NCBI RefSeq assembly: GCF_009914755.1 | Contig: NC_060931.1 | Length of the DNA stretch: 64,000 nt | Strand: one strand, 5' to 3' | Source of the DNA: the human T2T-CHM13v2.0 reference genome, Homo sapiens | Shown here: positions 16,281 to 28,600 of the stretch, in pieces | Layout of the letters: each line of letters opens with the position of its first letter | How positions within the stretch are numbered: the stretch's first letter is position 1 | Program-made: the position numbers and the translations under genes | Notes under the pieces: model-generated | What the model was told of the DNA's origin: nothing | Database searches by the model: none | The model's input: only the letters and a program-made list of their open reading frames with translations

Positions 16281-17476
16281 GACTGGTTATTTAATTTGCT
16301 GGAAGACAGAATATCAATTATTAGAATAATAGACCAAATTGAATAATGTGATGTAAAGAATGAAGTTAAAGGCCAATGACTAAGTACATAATACCAACTC
16401 CAGAGGAATAAAATAGAGAAGATCTCTCCATTCTCAAATTCCATGGATTCCTGAGCATCTCTTCACTGGCCAGTGGTGGAAACCAGGTGCTGAATTCCTC
16501 AATAGCCCTCCAAAGGATTGTTTTCTTGAATATCACTAGGGAGTATGGAATAATTAGGATGCATAAGGTATGAGAAAAGTGATATAACAAGAATTCTTGG
16601 CCCAGAACCACAGAGAAATTTCAGGCTTATTTATGCCTGGTGCTGAAAGGAAGGAGTTTCTTTCAATAGCTGGAGATAAAACTTAGCTAGCATGTTCCTG
16701 AGTGAGGGCGTGAAGTGGTGCCTGGAAAAGCCTGGAAAATGGCAGAGAAGTACGGAGGCCTGTGCTCCCTCAGTGTCCTAGGGCTCAGTGTATTTGCAGA
16801 ACTGTTTTGCATGATTAAGTACAGTCCTAGTGGGTTGGTGTTGAGGAGGTGGGGAGCTTAGGGAGAGGGGTGAGGGAGTGGAGGGGGTTGGTAACCGGAG
16901 ATGTAGGAAAAAGCACTTTGTGTCATGTCGTTTTGTGATTCTTTGTTAATTCATCCGGTAAACATTTATTGTGCCCCTGCTGCATGCTATAGATGCTACA
17001 TGCTCTAGATGCTAGAAATACAGAAGTGAGATAGAGTAGGGGTGGTCACTGTCATTGTCCTTGTCCCGTAAGTCCTAGATATCTATATGTTCTCATGTTT
17101 AGATCCCATGAAGAAGTCGTTTGGAACAAGGACTTACCTCCTTGTGACAATGAGACCAGGATTCTTCTGAAGCACACACCCACTGTCTCAGCCCAAGTAT
17201 GAGGCCCAGTGTCAGAGCTTCAAGCAGCGTCAGGGAGAAGTCAGGTTCCTGACCATCTGTTTACAGAGGGAATCCCTTGTACCTCCCATCCTCAGGTTCT
17301 GCCATTATCCCATATAGCTAGTGATACTTGGGAAAGAATTGAGGTGCCCCAGAGAATTTCAAAGTCCCCTTGGCACACCAGGGAATATTCTAGAGCTCAA
17401 CAAGCTTGGGACCAAGGAGATAAGCCATCCTGGGAGACCCACTTTCCTGACTCTCCACCAAAGATGCATGTGCCCC

Positions 17477-18170
17477 TGTGATATTATGAAATACATATTT
17501 GGTCTTCAACTCTGCTTCCTAGCATATATCTGCTAAAATCTTTAGAGTCCCCAAAGTAATGTCTTTTTGTATTTTAATGAGTCTGTCATGATTTAACCTA
17601 CATGCCTGCCTAACGAAGCCTCCATAAAAACCCAAAAGGATAGCATTTGAAGAGCTTCAGGATAGCTGAATGTGCAGTGGTTCCTATGAGGGTGGGGACC
17701 TGGAGAGGGCATGGAAGTTCCATGCCTTTTCCCCCACACCTTGCCCTATGCATCTCTTCATCTGTATCCTTTGTGATATCCTTTATAATAAACTGGTAAA
17801 CAAAGTCTTTCCCTGAGTTCTGTGAGCCACTCTAGTAAATTAATCAAACCAAAGAAGGGGGCTTATGGGATCCCCAATTTATAGCCAGTCATTCAGAAGC
17901 ACAGGTAAAACAACCTGGGCCTTGAGATTGGCATCAGAAGTGGGAGCAGTCTTGGGGACTGATTTCCCAACCTGTGGGATCTGAGGCTATCTCCAGATAG
18001 ACGGAGTCAGAATTGAACTGAAGGACACCCAGCTGGTGTCTACTGCAAAACTGATTGCTTGCTTTATGGTTGGGGGTAATCCCCAAACATTTGGCCACAG
18101 AAGTTTTCTGTGTTGATTGTCATGGTGTGAAAGCAAATTAAAAATAGAGTTTGTTTTTTTTTCTCTTAGC
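17477..18170 (+). mobile_element. MER21-like solo LTR
   Basis: Starts tgtgatattatgaaatacatatttggtc. Internal ttccctgagttctgtgagccactctagtaaattaatcaaacc and ggtgtctactgcaaaactgattgcttg. Confidence 0.75.
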
Positions 18171-20199
18171 CACTGACTCATTATGAGCCCACCTGGAAAC
18201 ACCCTCCCCTTCCTGCACTGCTTTCTGCTGTGCTCAGCCAAGCAAAGCATCCCCTACATAGACCACAGGGTATAAATAATACTCCATCTCTTGTGGTATC
18301 ACAGCCAGGTCCAGTGTCTGGCTCCTGGGAAGACCATGGGCCAGAGAAGTCAGGAGAAAACACATCCCAACTCAGAAGGGCTCCAGAGTGGATTTCAGGT
18401 TCCCTTTATTGACTCCAAAGAAAAATCCTGTCCAAATAGGGCCACATGGCATGCAGCACTAGCCACAGATTTCCTCCTTTGGAACTCTCCAAAGGTAAGA
18501 GGAGGAAACAGCTTTAAAAATGCAACCCGAAGCTTCTTACCTCTGCCTTATGGATCTAGATCCTTTCCCACTATTGCACAGTGCTATGCCATCTGCAATT
18601 CCAACCATTCTAAACCAACTGCTTATTGTACTTCTTAGAGTAGTAAACTTTGATAGGCCTTTGTTTCACAACAATTGTTTCTGAAACTTCTTTTTAGTCC
18701 ACATCTATGGGGTCTGTGATACCAGTACAGTGGATGACTTTATAGTCTACGAAAAATGGATCCCTGGAAACCTCTTTTCAAGGAGTAAGATTTTGCCACT
18801 GATTTCAGAAGAATATCTGTGAGTCATCCATTTGATTATCTGAACAGATGCTGCTGACTTTTGGCATCGTAGCAGAAGGCATGAGTCCCCAAGGTGTGCT
18901 GTAATCAGGCAGCATGTGCGGCAGGTCAGCCCAGGGAACAGTAATTCTCAACCACAGACATGTATCAAAAGGGGAAGCAGTAATGGAGCTGTTGCCCTGC
19001 CGACTGGTAGCTCGTTCCAGGGCAGAACTTTAATTAGTGGCTCCCTTAACAGCCAGGCCTGCTCTGTGTATATCCATAAAAAGCCATCTGAGCACCAAAG
19101 TGGCCTCTCCCACTCATTAATGGTCACCTTTCTGCCTGAACCACAACGATCCTGCTGACCCTTGATTTCAGGTGGAAGTGGCTTTTATTCCCTCTAACCC
19201 TCAAAGATGGTTTCAAAGCATTTCCTTCACTGGCCCAAGCCCAGAATTCAAGTTAAATGGCTTTGCCAAAGGTGTGAACTAAATGAAGGAAAGTTCTTCT
19301 CCTTGGGCTCAGGCAATCTGCAGTCAGCGGGAGGAGTGAGTGCATGAGCAGGAGTGGGGAGCCCTTTGTGTTTTCTGCAGACACTGCTGCAGCTGCTGTG
19401 CCTGGAACACACAGTCCCCAGGAGGCCCTCCTTCCCCAGGGCAGCCACACTGTCTCCTCACCTGTAAAGGTGAGGTGTGGCAGCAGTCTGCCAGTTCTCT
19501 CCACTGCCACCTGTAAAGCTGGCTCACCTTGGCATCCCAAGCAGTTCTCCCCATAGAGCAAATATGCAAGGTTCCCTTGCTGGATCTGCGTTCCATTAAG
19601 GCTTTCTTGGTTTCCTGGTCAGGTCTGCAGTCATCCTAACTTCGTTTATGTTTTATTCCACACAGTCTCTTTTCCACTTTCAAACCATAAGCAGCTGGCA
19701 CCCTCAGTTGCAGCAGATGACCTTGTCTCATCCTTCTGTGAGCACACCTGAGCTCCTTACCTCTCTTCTATTTCATTTGCAAATGGGTGCCCTGAGGTGC
19801 CTCTCCTCCCGGGGCATGGTCCCTTGTGTTTTCCTCCCAGGCAAACCTGCTCCTTGACTCTTCTTCCTCAGGGTCTGGTATAATATCCATCAAGGGATCC
19901 TTTCTCAGCCATGCATGTGTTAATGTGTTCTCTCATTTGTGGGCAAACATGAGTCCCTGTTAGAGGGGGTCCTGGCCTGAGGACATGAAGATGGAGTGGC
20001 ATCTCAGGACTGCCCCCGAGGCCCCTACAACCCACTCTGGTCCTTGCATGACCTGTTGCTTCTCTGCTGTGATGAATATAAGGCCTAGTGCATGAGGTCG
20101 TGCAGTTCTGGCTGGATAGAGAAGCTGGGGAGAGCCAGTTAATCCAGAATAGTAAGTCATAGAGCCACAGCCCACTTGGAGGAGACAGCAGTGGAGCTG

Positions 20200-20410
20200 T
20201 ACTGGGACAGGACACTGGGAGTGCAGTCACAGGTGTCACTGTCAACCAGGCACTTGCCTTATTAGCTGGGTAACGTTAGTCAAGTCTCAACCTCTTTCAG
20301 GCATGGTTTCCCATGGGCAAAATGAAAAACAGTAATGGTTGCTAAGACTAGTAGTATTGTAAGAAACTGAATGAGATGGTTGTGAACTTGCCCAATATTG
20401 TATAAATAAT
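20200..20410 (+). mobile_element. MIR fragment
   Basis: Core tttcccatgggcaaaatgaaaacagtaat...tgaatgagat. Confidence 0.5.
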
Positions 20411-20433
20411 AAGTGAATTTCTCCTAATTCTGG

Positions 20434-21024
20434 CTTTCCTTCCTTCCCTCCCTCCCTCTTCCATCCTTCTTCTTTCCCTCCTTCCTTCCTTCTTCCCTTT
20501 CTTCAATCCTTCTTCTTCTCATCTTTCTTTTCTTCCTTTTCCCTATCTTCTTTGTTCCTTCCCTCTTTCCCTTCCTCCCTTCCTTTCCTTCTTCCCTCTC
20601 TTCTTACTTTCTCTCTTCCTTCCTCTTTTCCTCAATTCTTCTCTTCCTCCTGCCCTCTCTTCATTCCTTCCTTCTTTCCCCTTCCTTTCTTCTTCTCTTC
20701 CCTCATTCTTTCTTTCCTTCCTTCCTACATTTTTTCCCTTTCTTTCATCCTTCTTCTTTCCCTCCCCCATTCCCTCTCTACCTCTTTCCATCCCTCACTA
20801 CCTTCTTCTCTTTCTTTACTTCCTTTCTTCCTCCCTCCCTTCCCTCTTTCCTTCCTTCCTCTCTCCCTTCTTCCCTCCCTTGCTCTTCTTCTCTCCCTCC
20901 CTCGCATTTCTTCTCTCCCTCCCTCTGAATTGCCTTCCCTTTCTTTCTCCCCTCCCTCCCTCCCTCCTTCTTTCCTTCCCTCCTTCTATTGCTGCTTCCT
21001 TCCCTCCTTTTCCCTTTCCCTCCT
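20434..21024. repeat. Polypyrimidine (CT-rich) low-complexity tract, about 590 bp
   Basis: Almost entirely C/T on the + strand (CCTT/CTT/CCCT units). Confidence 0.97.
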
Positions 21025-21705
21025 CAATTGGTCCTATTGGCTCTAAGAATAGAAGGATGAATAAAGCATAGCCATTGCCCTTAAATAAGCAACCATTTCA
21101 GAGGTGAGTACAGATAATGCAGAGCTATGAAAAAGTTGACTGTTATAAGGGACATTAAAAAAACAGTTGAAATAAAAAAAGTTGACATTAAAAAAAAGTT
21201 TAAGGGACATAAAAAAAGTTGACATAAAAAGTTAACTGTTACAAGAGACATAAACCACTCTCTGGGGAGAAAATAAAGGTAAGATTAATTCTGCCAAAAG
21301 GGACAGGAAAGGTGACTGGCCTAGAATCCTGCCTGGAACCCACTTGCTCTGCATTGCTCAGGGTTGGCCCTGTGGCCAAGCTCAGACTCTCACACCGGCT
21401 ACTAAATATGACTGTACCTCAGCAGATGGATTTAACTCTTGCACACAGGAAGAAAATGGAAGCAACAAACTCAGTTAAAACGGGGCATGAAAGCAGAAAT
21501 GTGCTATATTCCTAGAGTGCTTTGGGCTTCCTATTCATTCAGAGATCCTCTCTCTTCCCTTTTAAAGGTGAGAAAACAAAGAGCCTGTAACACTGAGTGA
21601 CTTGTTCAAAGTTGCAAAACTGGCCCCTGGTGGAACTTGGATTACACTCATGTCACTTCAGTCCCTGACCAGAGATCTTTCTGCTCCTGCCTTGCACTCT
21701 AGCCT

Positions 21706-22161
21706 GGAAAAAAGGAAAGGATGGAAAAGTAAAGAGGAAGGGAAAAGCAAAAGGGAAGGGGAAGAACAAGGGGAAGTGGAGAGAAAGAGAAGGGAAAGGG
21801 AAGGGAAGGAGAGAGGAAGGGAGGGGAGGGGAGGGGAAGGGAGGGGAGGGGAGGGGAAGGGAGGGGAGGGGAAGGGAGGGGAGGGGAGGGGAAGGGAGGG
21901 GAGGGGGAGGGGAGGGAAGTGAAGGGAAGGGAAGGGAAAAAGGGGGGATGGGAAGAGAAGGGAAAGGAAAGCAAGGAAAAGGAAAATAAGTGGAAAGGAA
22001 GAAAGGAAAGAGGGAGGGAGGGAATAAAGGAAAGAAGGAAAGAAATGAGGGAGAGAAAGAGGAAAAGGAGAGAGACGGAGGAGGGAGGGAGAAAGGGGAG
22101 AAGGAGGGCAAAGGGAAGGAAGGAAGGAAAGAAAGGAACAAAGAAGGAAGGAAAGAAGAAA
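21706..22161. repeat. Polypurine (GA-rich) tract, about 455 bp, with a (GGAGG/GGAAG)n core
   Basis: Almost entirely G/A on the + strand. Pentamer array at about 21820-21935. Confidence 0.97.
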
Positions 22162-22998
22162 AGTTAATCGCAACAATTCATTGCACTGGCAATAAATAAA
22201 TTGTATATTCCTTCAACGCCTGCAAAGTCCCCTATATTTTCTCGAATTACTCAGCTCATCAAGCTGCATGGGTATTGCTCTTCTTCACAAAGGACAGCAA
22301 TCCCTTGGAAACTGCTTTCCTCCCTCATTCTATCAGGCCTGTAACACTATCTCTGAGAATATCTAACAGAACAAAGCCATTTGGACACTTGGTCACTTAA
22401 TTCATCCTCAGTTTTGTCAGGCCTCTTCTTGAAAACTTGGCTATCTCATATTCATGGCTCTCTACTGGAAGCAGCTGGCTGGGACAAGAAGTTTCTGATT
22501 CAGAGAGACCGGTGATTGAGGTGGGATTAATAAAGGGACATCATTATTTCCTCAGCTGAGCCCCCAATCAATTTTTCAGTTAGAATCCTGGACACATAAT
22601 GTTACTGTTTCGTTCTTATTAGTCACATGTGTTTGGGGCTACCCCATCGTAACCACATGAGAGTACTGTTGGCAAAACAAAACAAACAGGATGTTTAATG
22701 ACAAGAACAGAATTAGCTAATAAGTCAAATAACAAAATTTGTAGCCTAACCAATGCTATAAAAGCACTTGATTTTATAGAACCGAGGGCCCATTTTGCAC
22801 ATTACATATGATCACACCTCGAGCCGTGTTTTTATTTTGGTGGTGTTGTGAAAGGTGTGATATTTGGATTAGAGCATCATAAAGACACAGAAGCCATAAC
22901 TGATTAGAGCATGTGATGAGAGGCAGGTGGGTGGGTAGGCAGCTGCAGCCACAGCAAATGTGGCCTGTCTCTTTTCTGAGGGTAACAAGAAACGAAAG

Positions 22999-23340
22999 GG
23001 CCGAGTGTGGTGGCTCACACCTGTAATCCCAGCACTTTGAGAGGCCGGGTGGATCATTTGAGGCCAGGAGTTCAAGACAAGCCTGGGCAACAAAGCAAGA
23101 TCCCATCTCTACCAAAAAAAAAAAACAAAAAAAAAAAACAAAAGAAAAAACCTAAACGAAACAAAACAAAACAAACAAACAAAAAATTAGCCCTGTGTGG
23201 TGACCTGTACACCCAGCTCCTCCGGAGTCTGAGGCAGGAGTTTGAGGCTGCAGTGGGCCGTGATCATGCCACTGCACTGAAGCCTGGGTGACAAAGTGAG
23301 ATCGTGTCTCTAAAACATTAAAAAAAAAAAAAAAAAAAAA
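22999..23340 (+). mobile_element. Alu (AluJ-like) with expanded A-rich linker and shortened right arm
   Basis: Alu arms separated by about 70 bp of A/AAAC sequence (23114-23186), followed by a poly-A tail. Confidence 0.92.
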
Positions 23341-23411
23341 GGAAAAATGAGAGTGAGAACTGAAACAGCAGAAGGGCTCAAATCATCCTGTACATAGAAA
23401 TCCTCCATCCA

Positions 23412-23712
23412 GGCCAGGCGCGGTGGCTCACCAGCATTTTGGGAGACCGAGGCAGGAGGATCACGAGGTCCGGAGATCGAGACCATCATGTCCAACATGG
23501 TGAAACCCCGTCTCACTAAAAATACAAAAACAAAATTAGCTGGGGGTGATGGCGGACGACTGTAGTCCCAGCTACTCAGGAGGCTGAGGCGGCAGAAAGG
23601 CATGAACCCGGGAATCGAGCTTGCAGTAAGTGGAGATCGCGCCACTGCGCTCCAGGCTAGGCCACAGAGCGAGACTCCGTCTGAAAAAAAAAAAAAAGAG
23701 AGAGAGAGAGAA
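23412..23712 (+). mobile_element. AluY-like element, about 1 kb upstream of the CpG island
   Basis: Diagnostic gagatcgagaccatc, ggcatgaacccggga and gagcttgcagt, with many CpGs retained. Perfect 16-bp target-site duplication AGAAATCCTCCATCCA (23396-23411 and 23713-23728). Confidence 0.95.
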
Positions 23713-24699
23713 AGAAATCCTCCATCCAGCCCTGTTGGTTGTGTATGTGTTGGAGGGGGTGGAGGGGCAGCCTTCTCAGGCTTTCAAGGAGGGCTCCCTA
23801 GCACCTCAGCTAAGATTTGTTTGTCTATACTATTAAAAGATAGACATAACTGTGTCCCAAACCAGCCTCCCCAGTTCCCACCAGCCAGAGCGCCTGACCT
23901 TGCAGGGAAGCTTATCTGTTTACCGTCCGAGCACTTTCAGGGATTCTAAAATGCCGTGAGTGGGAACCACTGCCATGGGCCATTTCCATGAAAATTCAAT
24001 TTCGGGGATTAATTTGAACAGGTACTATTGACGTTTTCTCGTTTACACAAGATCAAAGAGTAAAAACAACCGGGCCTCTGCTTAACAGTTGAGGATTCTA
24101 GCAAAGTTAGGAAACAGGTTTCTATTTGTAGTAGAAGAGAGAGCAGGCAGAAAGAGGAAGATGGGAGCGGGGAGAGATTGGCAGAGATTCAGAAAGTTCG
24201 CGCTTGAGATTTTTACGTTTCTTACTCGTAAACGTCTATTTCTCTGGGTTTCTGAATGCAAAGACGAGAAAGTCTCAACAGTCTGCTAAACTAACACGGC
24301 CTTCGAATCCCAAACTGAACACAGTAGCTGAAACAAGCTGTCCACAAAGAGGAAAGCCAGAGGGGGCCAATTAGGAAGGAAGAAATTAAAGAAAAGAGAA
24401 AAGCCAAGATGAAAGGTCCAGCGCAAAGTGAATGACTCGACTGGAGAATGGCAGCCCTGGCAGGGTCTGCGGCCGGCTGCGGAGGTGGGGACGCGGCCGC
24501 GCGGACGAGTGACAGGTTGGTCCGGCGCAGCAAAGGGAGCGGGTGCGGCGGTAGGGCCTCTCCGGGGGCAGCGCGAGGGCCTCCCCCGGGGCAGCGCGGG
24601 CCAAGGCGGGGCCTCCAGAGCGGGGGCAGCAGAGGAGGGAGCGGAACGGGAGCCGGGCGGAGGCGGCTGCGGCAGGGGGAGGCGGGAGGCGGGCGCGCT

Positions 24700-25170
24700 A
24701 GCTCCCATGCTGGCCTCGGTGCCACTCGCGCGCCGGCCGCGCTCCGGGCTTCTCTTTTCCCTCCGACGCGCCACGGCTGCCCAGACATTCCGGCTGCCGG
24801 GTCTGGAGAGCTCCCCGAACCCCTCCGCGGAGAGGAGCGAGGCGGCGCCAGGGTGGCCCCCGGGGCGCGCTTGGTCTCGGAGAAGCGGGGACGAGGCCGG
24901 AGGATGAGCGACTGAGGGCGACGCGGGCACTGACGCGAGTTGGGGCCGCGACTACCGGCAGCTGACAGCGCGATGAGCGACTCCCCAGAGACGCCCTAGC
25001 CCGGTGTGCGCGCCAGGCGGAGCGCGCAGGTGGGGCTGGGCTGTTAGTGGTCCGCCCCACGCGGGTCGCCGGCCGGCCCAGGATGGGCGCTGGCAACCCG
25101 GGCCCGCGCCCGCCGCTGCTACCCCTGCGCCCGCTGCGAGCCCGGCGTCCGGCCCGCGCCCTGCGCTCAT
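24700..25170 (+). other. VWC2: VWC2 non-coding exon 1 (5' end approximate)
   Basis: Lies in the CpG island and ends at donor CAT|gtatgt (25171). The transcription start cannot be determined from sequence, so the start coordinate is an estimate. Confidence 0.7.
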
Positions 25171-26389
25171 GTATGTAGGTTTGGCGCCGGTCTTCAGGGC
25201 TGAGGGTGCATGCTGGGTGTCCCCGCGCGGCCGGACGCGCTCCAGCTGGGTTCAGCCGCTCAGCTGCTCCGGAGGAACCCCCTCCCCCGCCCAAGTTTGT
25301 GAATATGGGCGCTTCGCCCAGTGTTGAGGTCGGCAGGGACCGGGCAGGGGGTCAGCAGGGCCGGGCACGTCCGGAGCCCTCAGGGAGGAGGGCTGAGGGG
25401 GAGGGGACAGACGCACCGGAGTGCGCAGAGTGGGGGCGTTCGGGGAGTGAGGCGGAGAGAGGCTGGATTGCCGGTGTCCTGCGGCGTCTCGGGCTCTCCC
25501 AGCCCCTTTGGGCGGCAGAAACTTTGGAATCCAGAAAGGCTGGCCGGGATCCAGCGAGTAGGAGGGTCTCGCGCCCACTCTGCGCCCTGGGGCCCCAGCC
25601 TCCCGCACTGCACACCTTGGTGCTGCCCGGGCGCTTCTGCTCCGCAGCCAGGACACTACAAGACTGAGCGCTGCGGCCGGCGACCTGGCTCCCAAGGCTC
25701 GGAGGGGCGGGCCGGCAGAGGAGCTGAAGCCCCGGGAATCCCCGACCCGGCCCTCTGGCAAGGGGCCGAGGGCATCCTTTCATGCAGCGGGGCTTAGAGA
25801 GCGGGGAGGGGGCGTCTGCTCCCGAGACGGGAGTCTTTTAAGAAGTTGTTAGAAATGAATCGTGGAGTCCTAGGAGAAGCTTTGTTTAACCTCCCCGCAT
25901 TTTCCCAGCACAACCCCCTAAAGCAAATGAGGAAGAGTTTCCCTCTTATCTTCCTGTACATTCGTCCGTCTCTAACTCCACTGCTGAATTCTCCATTTAA
26001 TAACCTTCGGGAAATGTGGCCAGGACCTAGGGAGGGACACCCTGGGTGCCTGAATTACGTGGTTCAAGGCAGAGCTTTGCAGGGGGGCGCGGGCCTGGCT
26101 CGCTGCGTTCCCTGGGCTCCGCAAGCCGCCCTTGGCCATCTCCAACACTAATCACGACTACATCAGAAACACGCCGGCCGGTGTCGTTCTTGGATTTCGC
26201 TTCCAATGTATCGCTCCACAGTTTGTGATGTCTAAGAACCCCGGCCGTGCACCGACGCTGGGCATGCTGCCCCCGCCCCCGTCGCCCAGCTCGTTAATCT
26301 AGAGCTATGCCGGAGCCCGGGTGGGGGCCGCGGCGGGCCGGGGCGCGCGCGGGCCGCGGGGCTCAGTTGTGCTGCTGTTCTCTCCGCAG

Positions 26390-27386
<997 letters not shown>

Positions 27387-27789
27387 TAGGGATTCCTTCG
27401 GTGTTCACTTTAAAAGGGCTTCATGAGGATGAAGCCTATGGCACTGAAGGGAAGGATCCCAACAGGTATCGGAGGGACTTTCAACATTAATGTACTGCTC
27501 CTAATTTGGGAATGTTGTCGGTGAAATTCTTAACCTGCTTTCAAACACAGGGTAATTTACGGTACCATTTGGGATATATTCTTCAACTAATAGCTAATTA
27601 AGGGAGACTATTCATATAAAAAGCCATTTCCCTAGATTATGTGTTTAGGGTATCATGCAAATGTTCTAAAAATTAAAAGAAAAAGAAAATATTTGCTCAC
27701 TGGGTGCCAAATCATAGTGGATGGTGAAACCAACAAGTGCAGTTAATGGTTAAAAATTGTTTTGTTTCAGATGAGTAGTAGTAATGTTA

Positions 27790-28040
27790 ATAATACCGGC
27801 CATCTCTCTAATGCCTACTGTGCGTCAGGATCCCGCTGGTTTTCATGTACGTTAGTTAAATCTCATCCCATGCTAGGAGGTGGATTATTATCCATTGTCT
27901 CCATGTTATGGAGAAGAGGAAACAGACACAGAATATTTAAATAATGTGTTGAAGGCAGAACAGCTATTAAGAAACAGATTCATATGTCAAACTAAGCAGT
28001 TCTACTCCATAGCTTAGGTTTTTAACCCTTATACTCTACT
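27790..28040 (-). mobile_element. MIR
   Basis: Antisense MIR: gcctactgtgcgtcagg...gaagaggaaacagacacaga. Confidence 0.65.
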
Positions 28041-28454
28041 TGAACCAAAAGCCCAGCTCCACTGGGGCTTTAGTTTGGGTGAAGGTGCTGCACAGCATGC
28101 ATGCACAGGCTCTAGGTAAAATCTCTGCCAGTGGGCTAGGGGCCTGAGAGAGACCTGCACAGGTGTTCAGTTATTCCAAACACCTCAAGGTAGGTTCAAC
28201 CTATGGCCTGCCTGGACTTAGCCCATTGACTTACCAGGCCATAGCTGTCCTTTTCCCACCTGCAGAGGGCGTTATGGAACGTGCAGCTACTAAAGCAAAG
28301 GTTTAGGGAGGAATTCTGCTGGAATACCCCTCCTGGAATTAGCCTGTGAGATCTGCTAATTCCCAGGATGTGAAGCCCATGTAATTACTGACTTGTGGCA
28401 ATGAATTATCAAGTGTTATATAAGTACAAAGCCAGGAAGGACAGATCTATATAT

Positions 28455-28600
28455 AGTGTACAAAGTATGGAAAGAGTGCTGGAATTTAGAGTCAGGAAAC
28501 ATGGTTATTCATTCTGGCTTTACCACTAACCAGCTGCAGGACTGGAACAAAAGACATATGCCCTCTGGGTTTCTTTTCTCTTATCTGTAAGATAAGGGGC
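28455..28600 (+). mobile_element. MIR fragment
   Basis: gagtcaggaaacatggtt...ctttaccactaaccagctg...tcttatctgtaagataaggg. Confidence 0.6.

Noticed and set aside
20543-22199. Pro/Ser/Leu/Phe-rich and Arg/Glu/Gly/Lys-rich ORFs
   Set aside because: Homopurine and homopyrimidine tracts can hardly encode stop codons, so these ORFs are artefacts.
24215-24440. Possible divergent antisense transcript with a minus-strand donor (CGA|GTAAGA near 24220-24228)
   Set aside because: A single donor-like motif arises often by chance, and no transcript evidence is available from sequence alone.
25605-25628. Possible REST/RE1 site (…GCACACCTTGGTGCTG) in intron 1
   Set aside because: Only one half-site matches; the GCTGTCC half has three mismatches. 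Other GGTGCTGA/TCAGCACC hits (about 16486, 16639, 54086) are isolated half-sites.
24286-25797. Many 100-214 aa ORFs on both strands in the CpG island
   Set aside because: GC-rich sequence is depleted of stop codons, many of these ORFs start at non-ATG codons, and none has protein-like features.
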